The position numbers were made by a program, and so were the translations under genes. Below the pieces are notes generated by a model. It was not told the DNA's origin. It saw only the letters and a list, made by a program, of their open reading frames with translations, and searched no databases. From positions 23,436,001 to 23,500,000 of the forward strand of contig OY740798.1 in the NCBI GenBank assembly GCA_963514005.1: a DNA stretch of 64,000 nucleotides, written 5' to 3'. This document shows positions 24,846 to 39,377 of the stretch, piece by piece (within the stretch, counting starts at the first letter, position 1; every line of letters begins with the position of its first letter). Origin of the DNA: Raja brachyura (lineage: Eukaryota).

Positions 24846-27320
24846 ATTCTGCATGGGCTTATTTCCTTGGGGAAATCAGACTGAGGAGACCTTCCCTGAC
24901 AAACGAAGATGAGACGGGTTGGTGTGGGGACAACAGCATCCATCACGCCATTTTCACTTGAAGTTGTTGATTTATTGATGCATTGACCTGGAAATTTAAC
25001 ATTGCATCAAATCACGTTAAGTGACAGTTTCACTTAGTAATGCAGAGTGGTGACTTCCATGCATTCAATGTGTTTAAGGCGTATCATTCGTATAGGCGGT
25101 GCGACAACTGGTGAAGAAGACTCGCTGGTGCAGATTGTGGAAGATGTCGGCAACTCAGCCAGCAGTTGCTCTTCAACGCCTCCCTCCTTCTTGTTCATCT
25201 TCCCAGTGTTGCATTGATAGTGGACGCAACTGAAAGAGCAGTGAGCCTGGGCGATGCTTTTATGTCTATGAAGCACATGGGATGCCCTCGGTATTCTTTC
25301 ATTGTAATAACACAGGTCATCTAGGAAATGGGACCACCTATTGTGAATTGTTTATGTAAGTGTGAGTATATGTAAGTCACCTGGTAGGGGGGGTGCGTTG
25401 TCATGGAACAAAAGATGGGTAGATATGGTTAAGGAAAGATATCTGTGATATCTCATTAAAAGGTTGAACAAGTTCTGGGAATTTAATGGCCTGATCCTGC
25501 ATTGCTGTTTTTTATTTTTAATAACAATTTCTAGGAGAAACTTCTAAAATATTATTCGACATAAGTTTAAAACTAACAATCTACTTAGCACAGTAGATCC
25601 TTACAAGGTTAAATATTAAACAGCAGACCCAAAGTCAGTCATAATTATTTCATTTAGAAAATCACACCTATCATATAGTACAAAAGTAAATGTTAAATAA
25701 AACTCCAAATGGCAAAGATTCACTTTGCACTTAATGCATGTCAAACACATTCTGCACATTGCTTTTAAGCTGTTAATTGAGGTAATGTTGTAATGTAAGT
25801 AGGGTGCTGTAGCTTTCTGTCTGCAAAATTCCAAATAGCACATTTTTCATTTACATTTTGAGAAATACCAGTGTATCTGGCCAAGAATGTTAATCGTGTA
25901 TCTTGAATTGGTTAGTATACACAGTGAGCCAGAAATGTTGTGTTCAGGTCTCAATTGAACAATATAAATTTAATGCATTTGAAGCGACTTTCTCTGTATT
26001 ATATCACTGATTATAATTTCAATTTGATGTCCCCTTCGATTTCCATTTCCAAGCTGAATAAATATAGATAGATTATAAATTAATTAGATTATCACATGAG
26101 TGACTCTCTAACTAAAAAAGCTAAAAGGATTGAAACATGTAACTGACATTTTTAAAATAACCAAATTATTTCAAAAGTCAAGAGTGTTTAATTGTCATGT
26201 GTACAGACAACAGAACAATGAAATTCTTACGCAGCAGTTTAACAGGCCTGTAAATACCATATACACATAATATATAATATGTTTTTAATTCAATAAATTA
26301 ATAATCATAATAGTACAAAAAATAAGTCCTTAGTGCAATATTGATGATATATTCAGATTAGACAATTAGTAAAATCTCATGAGTTGGTCTACTTCTGTTG
26401 TTGATCAGAAATGAGATGTAATTATTTCCCAACTGTCTTTTTATTCTGTATTGTTTTAAAAATCTAGCTTGGAATGAACTTTGTATTGGTATCAAACTTT
26501 ATCTTCAGCCGGCAGCTTTTACTTTCTTGAACAACGATCTTACTGAGTGAAGATCAATTAATCTATCACGTGAGATACCATGTTTATGATTAATTTAATG
26601 ATTTAATAAAATGAATATTTCAGTTGGTGTTTTACTCAAAATTGAGTTTGCAGTAAGAACGCCCTCAGAAATTCATGATTTTATCAATTTACTCTACTGG
26701 ATTAGAACAATTAGAACATGCTAAATTCAGTAGTACCAAAAGACAGTGGTGGTGTTTATAATTTGAAAAGAATCCCTTTCAATTGCTTCCAATGCAGACA
26801 ATAGTAGTTTGGTTTGTTGTTTTATTTGGATTATCAGAACTAGCTAGAACCAGGATCCAATGTCACGATTGTCCGAGGACATGCTCTGGTGAAGATACTA
26901 GGTCAAATGCAATGCATTGTGTGTTGTAATGGCCAGTTATCACAATTGTCACTTGTATTCGATGATTACACAGAACTGATGACAATACAAGGCAGGGATT
27001 GGCTTGGCAAGCCAGAGATCAGTTTGCCCAATGTGCTTGGTGTTCACAATTTGCTTTATCCAGTCTGCCACAGGAAGATTAGGATGTAGATAACAAGAAT
27101 ATATTTCTGGTGATCTTGTTATAAGATAACAAGATCACCAAGACAACACAGGTAGGCACACAGTCTTTTCAATTGAGACTGAACAATTCTTAAGTGACTC
27201 GACCAATTAATATAATTATGGACAAACAACCATTCTGCAATAAAAGATTTGAATTCTCTATTAATAAAGAATGCCTGAAGAGGAAGCAAAGAATAGCCAT
27301 GCACAACAAACTAAAAATAT

Positions 27321-27540
27321 TTGTATTGGAAGGAACTGCTGATGCTGGTTTACACCGAAGATAGACACAATGCTGGAATAACTCAGTGGGTCAGGCAACA
27401 TTTCTGGATAAAAGGAATAGGTGACGTTTTGGGTCGAGACCCTTCTTCAGGCCCGGTCTTGACCTGAAATGTCACCTATTCCTTATCTCCAGAGATGTTG
27501 ATGACCCACTGAGTTACTACAGCATTTTGTGTCTATCTTA
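27321..27540. mobile_element. Penelope-derived inverted-repeat mini insertion
   Basis: Two terminal-repeat copies in inverted orientation, flanked by the TSD AAACTAAAAATAT. Confidence 0.75.
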
Positions 27541-27878
27541 AAACTAAAAATATAATCTGCTTATTGTTTCTGTGGGAACGGAAGTTCCATCATTAAACTT
27601 TGGTACTGCCCTACTATATGCATAGTATCGGATTAGGTGCATGTCAGATCATTGTCAGTGGTTAAAATGTCTGGTAGCACTTTGGTTCTTAGACCACACC
27701 TCAGAAATCTTGAATTTCCGTTGTTGCTCTCAGGATGTCAAAAACAAATGCTGTCTCTTGATTCTCTTGTGATGGTTTTAATTTAGACCCAATTTGTTGG
27801 CTGTAGAATATGAATCCTTAAGATTAAAATCAAAATTCATTGGTTTCTCAATTTACTGAGATGATAATTTTGATTATT

Positions 27879-28496
27879 GAAGGTAGACAAAAATGCTGGA
27901 GAAACTCAGCGGGTGAGGCAGCATCGATGGAGCAAAGGAATAGGTGAACTTTCGGGACAAGACCTTTCTTCAGACTGATGTGGGGGGGGGGGCGGGAAGA
28001 AGAAAGAGGAGGAGACAGTGGCCTGTGGGAGAGCTGGGAGGGGAAGGAAGGAGAAAGCAAGGACTACCTGAAATTGGAGAAGTCAATGTTTCCGCAGAGA
28101 CCGCTCCCTCTGTAACTCCCTGGTCAATTCGTCCCTTCCGCTGGTACTTTCCCTTGCAACCGCAGGAAATGCTACATTTGTCGCTTTACCTCCCCCCTCA
28201 ACTCCATCCAATGACCCAAGTAGTCTTTCCAGGTGAGGCAGAGGTTCACCTACACCTCCTCCAACCTCATCTATTGCATCCGCTACTCCAGGTGTTAACT
28301 GCTCTACATCGGTGAGACCAAGCGTAGGCTTGGTGATCGCTTCGCCCAACACCTCCACACAGTTCGCATTAACCAACCCGACTCCCATTCCATATCCGAC
28401 CTTTCTGTCCTGGGCCTCCCCCATGGCCAGAGTGAGTCCCAATGCAAATTGGAGGAGCAGCACCTCATATTTTGCTTGGGTAGTTTACACCCCAGC
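27879..28496. mobile_element. Penelope-like element: inverted terminal repeat plus GIY-YIG endonuclease remnant
   Basis: Plus frame reads TSSNLIYCIRYSRC*LLYIGETKRRLGDRFAQHL...KLEEQHLIFCLGSL. Confidence 0.85.
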
Positions 28497-28727
28497 CAGG
28501 GCTCGAAATTAGCGGTTGCCCGGATGCCAATGGCAACCTAAAGTACTTGGCAAGCAACTCTGAGCGCCCCCCCTCTCTATCTCTCTCTTATTCTCTCGTG
28601 TCCCAGGTAGAACAATGAAATCCTTACTTGCAGCAGCACAACAGAATATGTAAACATAGTACTCTGTAAACAATGTTATAAACGAGAAAACAAAACTGTG
28701 TATATTTATATATGAATATATAAGTAA

Positions 28728-28728
<1 letters not shown>

Positions 28729-28788
<60 letters not shown>
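28729..28788. repeat. (TA)n microsatellite
   Basis: About 30 perfect TA units. Confidence 0.98.
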
Positions 28789-28792
<4 letters not shown>

Positions 28793-28959
28793 ACCTCCTG
28801 GGATTAATAAAGTTCTATGGTATAGTATTGTGTGTGTAGGAAGGAACTGCAGATGCTGGTTTAAACTGAAGATAGACACAAAACTCAACAGGGCAGACAG
28901 AATCTCTGGACAAAAGGAAAATATTACGTTATGGGTTGGATCTGAAAAAAGTTCCTGCA

Positions 28960-29113
28960 CAACTTTGGAATGTGGAAGGAAACGAGCGCCCGGAGAAAAC
29001 CCATGCAATCAAAAGGAAACGGAGCAAATGCCATACAGACAGCACCCATATTCAGGATCAATCTGGGTCTCTGGCAATTTTAGGCAGCATCTTTATGGCC
29101 AATGTGCTGCCCC
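28960..29113 (-). mobile_element. tRNA-derived V-SINE (HE1-like) head
   Basis: Reverse complement has a degenerate tRNA-like head and the V-domain-like GGGTTTTCTCCGGG-GCTC..TTTCCT motif. Confidence 0.65.
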
Positions 29114-29329
29114 ATAGTCTTGAACTGAATTAAAACAAACAGTAACTGTAAAGGGGGACATTGTGTCACTTAGAGATTTAAGACTGAAAATGGATAGTTT
29201 TTTTTTTAGTAACCAAAGTTATCAACATATAATTTGTTGTGTGTTGGAAAATAAAATATAGTGGCACAGCTGGTGGATTTGCTGCCTCACACAGGAGAGA
29301 TCTGTGTTGAGTTTCTGGAGGTTTAACCC

Positions 29330-32300
29330 CCAAATTTTAAACAACTCACAAGGTTGTACATATTTAAAACAGCAGATGAAATTCTTCTTTGAGACTAATG
29401 ATACACCAGGTATCTCACCCCTCTTTATTATGGGCAACTTTTAAGGCATTCATTAGAGGAACTATAATTTCATATCAAGCTTTCCAAAATAAAAAGAACA
29501 CTGAACAATTGCAGCTAGAACAATAATTTAGACAATTAGATCTAGATAATGCCAAAGAACCAACCATAGATAAACATAATAAGATTACAATACTGAAATA
29601 CAAATTAAATAAAATTTTATCGGCAAGAATAATAAGATTATTTCAAATTACAAAACAGGAAAACTTCGAATTCGGTGATAAACCACATAAACGTCAGCAC
29701 GTCAACTGAAAAAAACGTGAAACGGAAAATACAATTACTAAAATTAAATCAGATAAAGGTGAATTATTAACATTACCTAAAGATATTAACAAAAGATTTG
29801 CTCAATTTTATCAAAACCTATATACATCTAAAACCTCAGGCGATAATATTAAAATTACAAACTTCTTAGACAATTGAAATCTTCCAAAACTCAACACGTT
29901 GGAACAAGAGGAATTAGGAGTTCAGATTACACTTCAGGAAATTCGCTGAAGAATGGTAAAACTCCAGGACCAGATGGTAATGAATTCTATAAAAGATTCT
30001 ACGAGATAATTTCACCATGCTTACAAAATTTATATATACATGCTTTTAAAGAAAATATACTACCAGAAACACTAACCGAGTCAACTAATACACTTATACC
30101 TAAACAGGATAAAGATCTAGAAGACCCAGGCTCATATAGAGCCATAGCACTCTTAAATACAGATAAAAAAATATTAGCAAAGACCCTAGCGAGAAGATTG
30201 AGTAAATATGTTAGCAAGCTAATAAATCCGGATCAAACAGGGTTTATACCCAAGAGATACTCATTCAACAATTTGAGACGTCTGTTTAATATAATGTATT
30301 CACATAAAGCTGAAGAGGAAGATATCAATTATTTCACTGGGTGCAGAAAAAGCATTTGATCAAGTAGGATGGTAATATCTATTTAAAGTATTGTAAAATT
30401 ATTATATGACAAGCCGACGGCTCGAATACTAACCAATAACATATCGCCGAAATTCCAATTATCAAGGGGCAATAGACTGGGGTGTGCACTATCGCCCCTG
30501 CTATTTGCACTTGTGATAGAGCCTCTAGCAGAAAGTATAAGAAGTCATCTGAATATTCATGGATATAATACTCAAACAATATAATTTCATTATATGCAGA
30601 CGACATATTATTATACATTACAAATTCACAAATTAGCATACCAAATATATTCAATTTAATAGAGGGAATTAAAGTTCCTTTTCAGGATATAGAATAAATT
30701 GAAATAAAAGCGAAATTATGATGATAAAACCTCAAGAGCCGACACATCTGTTGAAATTCTCTTTTAGAATTGCAACAGAAAAAATTAAAGTATTTGGGTA
30801 TCCAAATTACTAGAAAATATAAATCATTATTTAACGCAAGCTACATGCCTTTATTAACTAAATTGAATGTGTTGATTAAATTCTGGACAACATTGCCAAT
30901 GTCCTTAATAGGCAGAATAAATGCTATAAAAATGATCTTTTTACCACAAATACTGTACCTATTTCAATCATTACCAATATATTTACCAAAAAAATTCTTT
31001 AAAAAACTAGACTCTGATATTACAAATTTCATATGGGACTATAGATCACATAGAATCCAAAGAAAACTTCTGTGTAAACCTAAATAATTCAGGGGACTGA
31101 CACTCCCCAATTTGTTGTGTACTACAATTTGTTGTGAATATTAAAAATATAATTTACTGATTGGACAGTTCTGCCCAACAAGTAGACTGGATAAGAATGG
31201 AGAAAGAGGATTGTTCCCCCTATAATAGGAGCGATTCTTTCTCCGATGAAACTGAACAATATAATATATAAGAAGAATCCAATTATTCACAGTATAATAC
31301 GAATTTGCAATCAAATAAAATTAACTTTAAAATTAAGAAACTTATTGCTTCTTTCTCCAATAGTTAACGATCCCTAATTTAATCCATCTATTATTGACAA
31401 AACGTGTATCCATTGGGATAGAATATGAATTAAAATGATTGGAGATATGTATGAAATGGGAAAAATTGTATCATTCCAACAACTACAACTAAAATACAAT
31501 GAAAAAAAATCAATATTTCAAATACCTTCAAATTCGAGATTATTTGAAAAAACATATACAAGAATATCAAACTCTAACCTCAGATTTATTAGATGAAGGA
31601 ATGAACAGAAAGGCTGAATCAAGCAATTTAATATCATATTTATATAATATAATTTTAAATATAGAAACACCAACGACAGAGGCAATTAGAAGGGACTGGG
31701 AACAAGAATTATTGCTAAAAATTCCGAAAGACAGATGGGAAAAAAAACTATTATAAATACATAAATGTTCAATTAATGTAAGGCATAACTTAATTCAATT
31801 TAAAATTTTACATAGATTATATTACTCAAAAACTAGACTGAATAAAATATTTCCAAACGTGTCCCCCATTTGTGACAAATGTCTAACTCAAAATGCCACT
31901 ATAGCACATTCCTTTGTCTCCTGTACAAAACTTCATAAATTTTGGAATGAAATCTTTGGAGCTTTTACCAAACTATTTAACATAAAATTGAACCCCAATT
32001 CAGAACTGATTATCTTCGGATCAATGGACGAGGGACGTAAGCTAACTACGTTCCAAGAATCTCTGTTTAATTATGGTTTAATAACAGCAAAAGTACTTAT
32101 ACTTAAATGTTTGGAAAAACGCATCCACGCCAACGTTTAAAATGTGGATTTCAAATATGTCGGAAACGTTACATCTTGAAGAAATGAGATTCCGCCTATT
32201 AGGCAAAGTAGACCAATTCTTAAAGATATAGCCTTAGAAATTAAATGGTTCAGAACCGGGTGACGGGTGGGTAAAGATATTAAATAGGTATATCTCTCCT

Positions 32301-32590
32301 AATTTCTTTTCCTTTTTTAAAATTTCTTTAGCTTCTTTCTTCTTTCTGTCTCTCCCGGCTATTTGTTTCTACTCTCTTATCTATCTATCTCTTTTCCGGG
32401 CTCTTCTTATTATATCACAAATTAGCACCATCACCATTGCCTACGACACTCTCTATTTTCTTCTTTCTATCACTATTCTTTTATTATTAAATTAAAAATA
32501 AGAAGTTGTACAAGAACTGTAATATGTCTGTATGCATCAGGTACTTAGGTACCACATTACTGTATTTAGTTCTAAAAAAAATAAAATAAT
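29330..32590 (+). mobile_element. L1-clade LINE ORF2, 5'-truncated and decayed, inserted in a SINE (head ~29262, tail ~32725-32830)
   Basis: KTPGPDG, SYRAIALLNTDKKILAK, PDQTGFI, LYADD, SLIGRINAIKM, C-terminal CDKC...H...C and a polyA tail. Confidence 0.92.
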
Positions 32591-33439
32591 AATACACTTT
32601 TGTTTTCTCCTTTATAACAGTTTTTACAGAGTACTATGTTTACATATTCTGTTGTGCTGCTGCAAATAAGGATTTCATTGTTTTGACTGGGACGTGAGAG
32701 AATAAAACACTCTTGACTCTTGACTTACGTCGCTAATGTGTGGGCTAGAACTAGTGTACGGGTGATCGGTGGTCGGCGTGGACTTGGTGGGCCGAAGGGC
32801 CTGTTTCCACACTATATCTTTAAATTAAACTAAAAACACTAAAACCAGAGGAAATCTAAAGAAGGGTCTCTACCCGAAACGTCAACGAATTTCTTGTATC
32901 CAGAGATGCTGGCTGCTGCATGGAGTTCCCTCGCACAATTAAAGCATGGCATTGTCTTCACCCTACTATAGGTATCCAACCAGACGCAATTAAATTTAAT
33001 GGAGCTCTTTTTATCCCCAAGAACCCTTTTTTGCTTAAGTCCAAATCAAGAGACAAGAGACTTTTATTGTCATGTGTCCCAGATAGGACAATGACATTCT
33101 TGCTTGCTGCAGCACAACACAATATGTAAACATAATACAGAACAGGAGATAAAGGTTCAGTGTGGCTATAGACCATAGACCATATATATATATAGATATA
33201 TATTATATATCTATATATATATTATATATCTTTCTCTCTCTATATATATATATATATAAATATATACACACACACACAATAAATAAACAGATAAAATGCA
33301 ATAGGCTGTTATTTTTTAGAGTTTGGAGTTTGTTGGTGGTGGGTCCACTCCTGTTCAAATTCCATTTTGGATATTTTTGGAGGACCAGGAACCCAGGAAG
33401 CAAGAGTTACTCCAGGGAATTACTCCAGCTCCAGCGAGT

Positions 33440-33929
33440 GATTCTGCGTTGGTTTTCAGCGGTCGCGGCGACCGGACAGCAATGGCGGCCAATGTAAAGG
33501 GCGGGAGAAAGTGGCCGACATTGACCAGTTGCAGTGGCAATGCTCATGTGCAGAGTGGCACATGCGCACAACCACGGCCGATGATGTGCTGGCCAAAGAT
33601 CCTCGCTGTAGGATCTTTGGTGCTGGCCGTGGTTGTGCGCATGTGGAGGGGGAAGATGTGCAGGCCATGGCAGTGTACATGTGTAAGGTGGCCTGCCGTG
33701 CCGGCGGATGAGGAGAGAGCTGCGAGCGGAGGCCCGGATACGGGTGGCGGGCGGAGACGGAGAGTGACAGAGAGAGAGAGAGATAGAGATAGAGAGGGGG
33801 CCCGCTCAGAATTAAACGATAGGTGTCCCGGGTGCTTGCCAAGCCGGGCAAAATGGCATGGCTTTTACGTTGCCCGGCGGGACTGTAGGTTGGCATTGGC
33901 AACCGGGCAACCGCTAATTTTGAGCCCTG
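33440..33929. mobile_element. hAT-like non-autonomous fragment (same terminus also at 28497-28600, inverted)
   Basis: Terminus CAGGGCTCAAAATTAGCGGTTGCCCGG... on the minus strand at 33929. Confidence 0.6.
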
Positions 33930-34900
33930 GGAAGAAGCCGTTCATGAGTCTGGTGGGGTGCACTTTTAAGCTTCTGTACCTTCTGCCAGACGGGAGCAGG
34001 GAGAAGAAGGAATGACTGGGATAGGACATCCTTGATGATGTTGGCTGCTTTACGGGAGCAGCATGAAGTGTAGATGGAGTATATGGTTGGAAGTCTAGTC
34101 TGTGTGATGGACTGGGCTAGATCGACAATCACTGCAATTTCGTGAGGTCCTGGGCAGAGATGTTCCCAAACCAAGCTGTGATGCAATCTAACCGTATTAC
34201 TTCTATGGTGCATCTGTAGACCGTTGTAAAGTCACTGGAGTTGAGCCAAATTTCCTCAGTCTCGTCAGGAAGTAAAGGCTCTGGTGTGCTTTCTTGATTG
34301 TCGTATCAATGTAGTTGGTCCATGCCAAATCATTGGTAAAATTATTGCCAAGGAACTGATTGGGGCACCATGATTCCTGAAGTCAATAATTAGTTCCATA
34401 TTGCTGACATTGAGGAGAGGTTATTGACCTGGTACCATGTCACTACGTTCTCTATCTCCTTCCTGCACTCTTTCTAATCATTGGACGTGATGTAGCACAT
34501 CTCAGTGGTGTCTACTGCAAATTTGTAAGTGGAATTGGAGCCAAATCTGGCAATAGAATCGAGAGTTTAAAGGAAGCATAGTATGGGACTGAGAACGTAT
34601 AATTGTCGTGCACTGGTGTTGAGAGTTATTGTGGAGGAGGTGTTATCACCTATCCTCACTGATTGTGATCTGTGGGTCAGAAAGTCAGGAATCCAGTGGC
34701 AGAGATGGGAGCCAATTCCTAGGTCCTAGAGTTTGGAGATGAGTTTGGATGGGATTATGGTGTTGAAGGCAGAGCTATAGTCAATAAATAGGAGTCTAAC
34801 ATGGAAGTCCTTGTTGTCTAGGTTTTTCCAGAGATTAATTTATGGCCAGGGAGATGGTGTCTGCCTTGGACCTGTTGCGATGGGAAGCAAACTGCAATCT
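33930..34900 (-). mobile_element. Old Rex1/Babar RT fragment
   Basis: AQSITQTRLPTIYSIYTSCCSRKAANIIKD and degenerate RT motifs. Confidence 0.75.
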
Positions 34901-35837
34901 GCCAGGACTAGAGGGCCTGAGCTATAGGGTGAGGTTGAACATGCTAGGACTCTGTTCCTTCGAGTGCAGGAGAGTGAGCAGTGATCTTCTAGAGCTGTAC
35001 AAAATCATGAGAGAATAGATCGGGTAGATGCAGAGTCTCTTGCCCAAATTAGGGGAATCAAGAACCAGAGGACATAGGTTTGAGGTGAGGGTGGAAAGAT
35101 GTAATAGGAACCCGAGGGGTGATTTTTTCATACAAAGGGTGGTGAGTGTATGGAACGAACTGCCAGAGGAGGACATTGGGATGGGTGCTATTGCAACGTT
35201 TAAGAAACATTTGGATAGGTACATGGATAGGACAGGTTTAGTGGGATACGGGCCAAATGCAGGAAGATGGGACTAGTGTGTATGTGACATGTTGGTCGGT
35301 GTGGGCCAATTGGGCCTGTTTTCATGCTGTATGACTATCCATGTACCTGTCCAAATGTCTTTTAAATGTTGTTATTGTACCTACCTCAACTACCTTGTCT
35401 GGCAGCACATTCCATATACCCACCACCACACTCTCTGTGAAAAAGTTGCCCCTCAGGTTTCTATTACATCTTTCCTCTCTCACTTAAACTTATGTCGTCT
35501 GGTTCTTGATTCCCCTACCCCTTGAATCCCAGTACCTTATATCAGCATTATTTTGATTATCAATATGGAAAATGGTCAATGGCGTTTTATTTTCTCGTGC
35601 AAATGCACAATTAAATTTTTTTTGCATACAGTTTCAATAAAGTATTACCATCTAATCCCCAATTAGCAAACTATACGGATATTGTCCGTTGAGACCACAT
35701 GCAAGAGACGCCAGCTTTTGGCGGCAATCCAAAGTCCAGTACAGTCCACGCTCTAGGTCTTATGGAGCGGTGTCCAGTCCAGGCGAGCCCCAACTGCTGT
35801 GGGCCTCCAGCCATCACCTTTGTCTAGATCGTCCAGC

Positions 35838-38800
35838 TACAAGAGTGGACAGGAGATTCTGTGGCGGCAGACGAAATGCGAGGATGGTGTGTTGCCTCCT
35901 TGGTGCCAGAGTTCATGATGTCATGAGCCGATTTCAGACATCGTCGAGAGAGAAGGTGAACAGCCGGCAGTAGTTGTGCACATAGGCACAAACGACATCG
36001 GGAAGAAGAGGAAGGAGGTTCTCCAACATGAGTTCAGAGAGTTGGGAAGAAGACTGAAATGCCGGACTTCTAGGGTGGTTATCTCTGGATTGCTTCCAGC
36101 ACCTCGTGCTAGTGAGAACAGGAACAGGGAGATAGGGGATCTGAATGTGTGGCTGAGGGGCTGGAGCAGGGAGCAAGGATTTAGATTTATAGACCACTGG
36201 GATCTCTACTGGGGTAGGGGTGACCTGTACAAAAGGGACGGGTTACACCTTAACTGGAGGGGGACCGACATTCTGGCAGGCAGGTTTGCTAGGGCTATGC
36301 GTGTGGGCTTAAACTAAATAGTGGGGGGGAGGGATTGACAAATTGGAAGTATAAAGATGGAGTTGAAGGGGAAGTGGCCACAGGAAAAATTACAAAAGAT
36401 TCTCGATTCAATGGGAAGGAAAGCTCGAGAAGGGACAACAGAGTAAGGTCAGGGCCAATTGCAAATGGTGCGCGGGGGGAAGTGATTATGGAGGTCAAAG
36501 TGCTATATATGAATGCGCGAAGTAAAAGGAATAAAGTGGATGAGCTTGAGGCTCAGTTTGAAAGGGCAACTATGATGTTGTGGGAATTACTGAGACATGG
36601 CTGCAAGAGGGCCAGGGCTGGGGACGGAATATTCAAGGGTATACCTCCTATCGAAAAGACAGACAGATGGGCAGAGGGGGTGGGGTTGCTCTGTTGGTGA
36701 GGAATGAAATTCAGTCCCTTGCAGAGGGTGTCATTGAAACAGGAGATGTGGAGTCAGTATGGCTAGAACTAAGGAATTGTAAGGGTAAAAAGACCCTAAT
36801 GGGACTAATCTGCAGGCCCCCAAACAGTAGCCTGGACATAGGGCACACGTTGAATCAGGAGTTAAAATTGGCATGTAGCAAAAGTATTGCTGTGGTTGTT
36901 ATGGGAGATTTCAACATGCAGGTAGACTGGGAAAATCAGGTTGGTACTGGACCCCAAGAAAGAGACTTTGTAGAGTGCTTTTGTGATGGATTCTTAGAAC
37001 ACCTTGTATTGGAGCCTACCAGTGAGAAGGCAATTCTGGATTTAGTGTTATGTAATGAACCGGATTTGATAAAGGACCTCGAGGTTAATGAGCCATTAGG
37101 AGATAATGACCATAACATGGTCAGGTTTAATCTACAATTGGAGAGGGAGAAGGGTAGATCGGAGGTGTCAATGTTACAGTTGAATAAAGGGGACTATGGG
37201 GCCATGAGGTAGGAGCTGGCCAAAGTTGACTGGAAAGATACACTAGCAGGGATGACAGTGGAACAAAAATGGCAGGTATTTCTAGGAATAATACAGAAGG
37301 TGCAGGATCAGTTCATTCCTAGGAGGAAGAAAGCTTTATAAGGGGAGAAAGGGGCGACCATGGCTGACAAGGGACGTCAGGGACAGTATAAAAATTAAAG
37401 CGAAGAAGTACAACGTAGCAAAGATGATCGGGAAGCAAGAGGATTGGGTAATGTTTAAAGAACAACAGAAGATAACCAAAAAGATAATACGGGGAGAAAA
37501 GATGAGGTACGAAGGTAAGCTAGCCAAGAATATAAAGCAGGATAGTAAAAGCTTCTTTAGGTTGGCGAAGAGGAAAAATTTAGTTAAGACCAAAGTTGGA
37601 CTCTTGAAGACTGAAAAAGGTGAATTTATTATGGGGAACAAGGAAATGGCAGATGAGTTGAACAGGTACTTTGGATCTGTCTTCACTAAGGAGGACACAA
37701 ACAATCTTCCTGATATAGTAGTGGCCAGAGGATCTGGGGTGACGGAGGAACTGAAGGAAATCCACATTAGGCAGTAAATGGTGTTGGATAGATTGATGGG
37801 ACTGAAGGCTGATAATTCCTCAGGGCCTGATGGTCTGCATCCCAGGGTACTTGAGGAAGTGGCTCTAGAAATCGTGGATGCATTGTTGATAATTTTCCAA
37901 TGTTCTATAGACTCAGGATCAGCTCCTGTGGATTGGAGGGTAGCTAATGTTATCCCACTTTTTAAGAAAGGCGGGAGAGAGAAAACAGTGAATTATAGAC
38001 CAGTTAGCCTGACATCGGTGGTGGGGAACATGCTGGAGTCAATTATAAAAGATGAAATAACCGAACATTTGTATAGGATTATCAAGATCAGTCCGAGTCA
38101 GCATGGATTTACGAAGGGGAAATCATGTTTGACTAATCTTCTGGAATGTTTTGAAGATGTAACTAGGAAAATGGACAAGGGGGAGCCAGTTGATGTAGTT
38201 TACCTGGACTTTCAGAAAGCATTTGATAAGGCACCACATAGGAGATTAGTGGGCAAAATTAGGGCACATGGTTTTGGGGTAGAGTGCTGACATGGATAGA
38301 AAATTGGTTGGCAGACAGGAAACAAAGAGTAGAGATTAACGGGTCCCTTTCAGAATGGCAGGCAGTGACTAGTGGGGTACCGCAAGGCTCGGTGCTGGGA
38401 CTGCAGCTATTTACAATATACATCAATGATTTGGATGAAGGGATTCAAAGTAACATTAGCAAATTTGCAGATGACACAAAGCTGGGTGGCAGTGTGAACT
38501 GTGAGGAGGATGCTATGAGAATGGGCAGGTTGGGGGAGTGGGCAGATGCACGGCAGATGAAGTTTAATGCGGATAAATGTGAGGTAATCCACTTTGGTAG
38601 CAAAAACATGAAGGCAGATTACTATCTAAAAGGCGTCAAGTTGGGAAAAGGGGAAGTATAACGGGATCTGGGGATCCTTGTTCATCAGCCTGTGAAAGTA
38701 AGCATGCAGGTACAGCAGGCAGTGAAGAAAGCGAATGGCACGTTGGCATTTATAACAAGAGGAATCGAATATAGGAGCAAAGAGGTTCTTCTGCAGTTAT

Positions 38801-39377
38801 ACAGAGCCCAAGTGATACCACACCCGGAGCATTGTGTGCAGTTTTGGTCCCCTAATTTGAGGAAGGACATTCTTGCTATTGAGGGAGTGCAGAGTTGGTT
38901 TACAAGGTTAATTCCCAGATGACGGGACTGTCATATGCTGAGAGAATGGAGTAGCTTGTACACTCTGGAGTTTGGAAGGATGAGAGGGAATCTTATTGAA
39001 ACATATAATATTGTTAAGGGTTTAGATACGCTAGAGGCAGGAAACATGTTCCCGATATTGGCGGAGTCCAGAACCAGGGGCCACAGTTTAAGAATAAGGA
39101 GTAAGCCATTTAGAACGGAGACGAGGAAACACTTTTTCTCACAGAGGGTGGTGAGTCTGTGGAATTCTCTGCCTCAGAGGGCGGTGGAGGCAGGTTCTCT
39201 GGACGCTTTCAAGAGAGAGCTAGATAGGGCTCTTAAAAATAGCGGAGCCAGGGGATATGGGGAGAAGGCAGGAACGGGGTACTGATTGGGGATGATTAGC
39301 CATGAGCATATTGAATGGCGGTGCTGGCTCGAAGGGCCAAATGGCCTACTCCTGCACCTATTGTCTATTGTCTATTC
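35838..39377 (+). mobile_element. CR1 LINE, long copy (ORF1 SGNH-esterase end + ORF2 APE/RT), disrupted
   Basis: HIGTNDIG...DGLHLN (ORF1); ITETWL, MGDFN, DHN (APE); NYRPVSLTS, VYLDFQKAFD, GVPQGSVLG, FADDTK (RT); (TCTATTG)n tail. Confidence 0.95.

Noticed and set aside
28497-33929. Apparent 5.4-kb hAT element bounded by CAGGGCTC TIRs
   Set aside because: Flanks do not form a TSD (ACCCCAGC vs GGAAGAAG), and both pieces share the same subterminal sequence. They are two copies of the same end.
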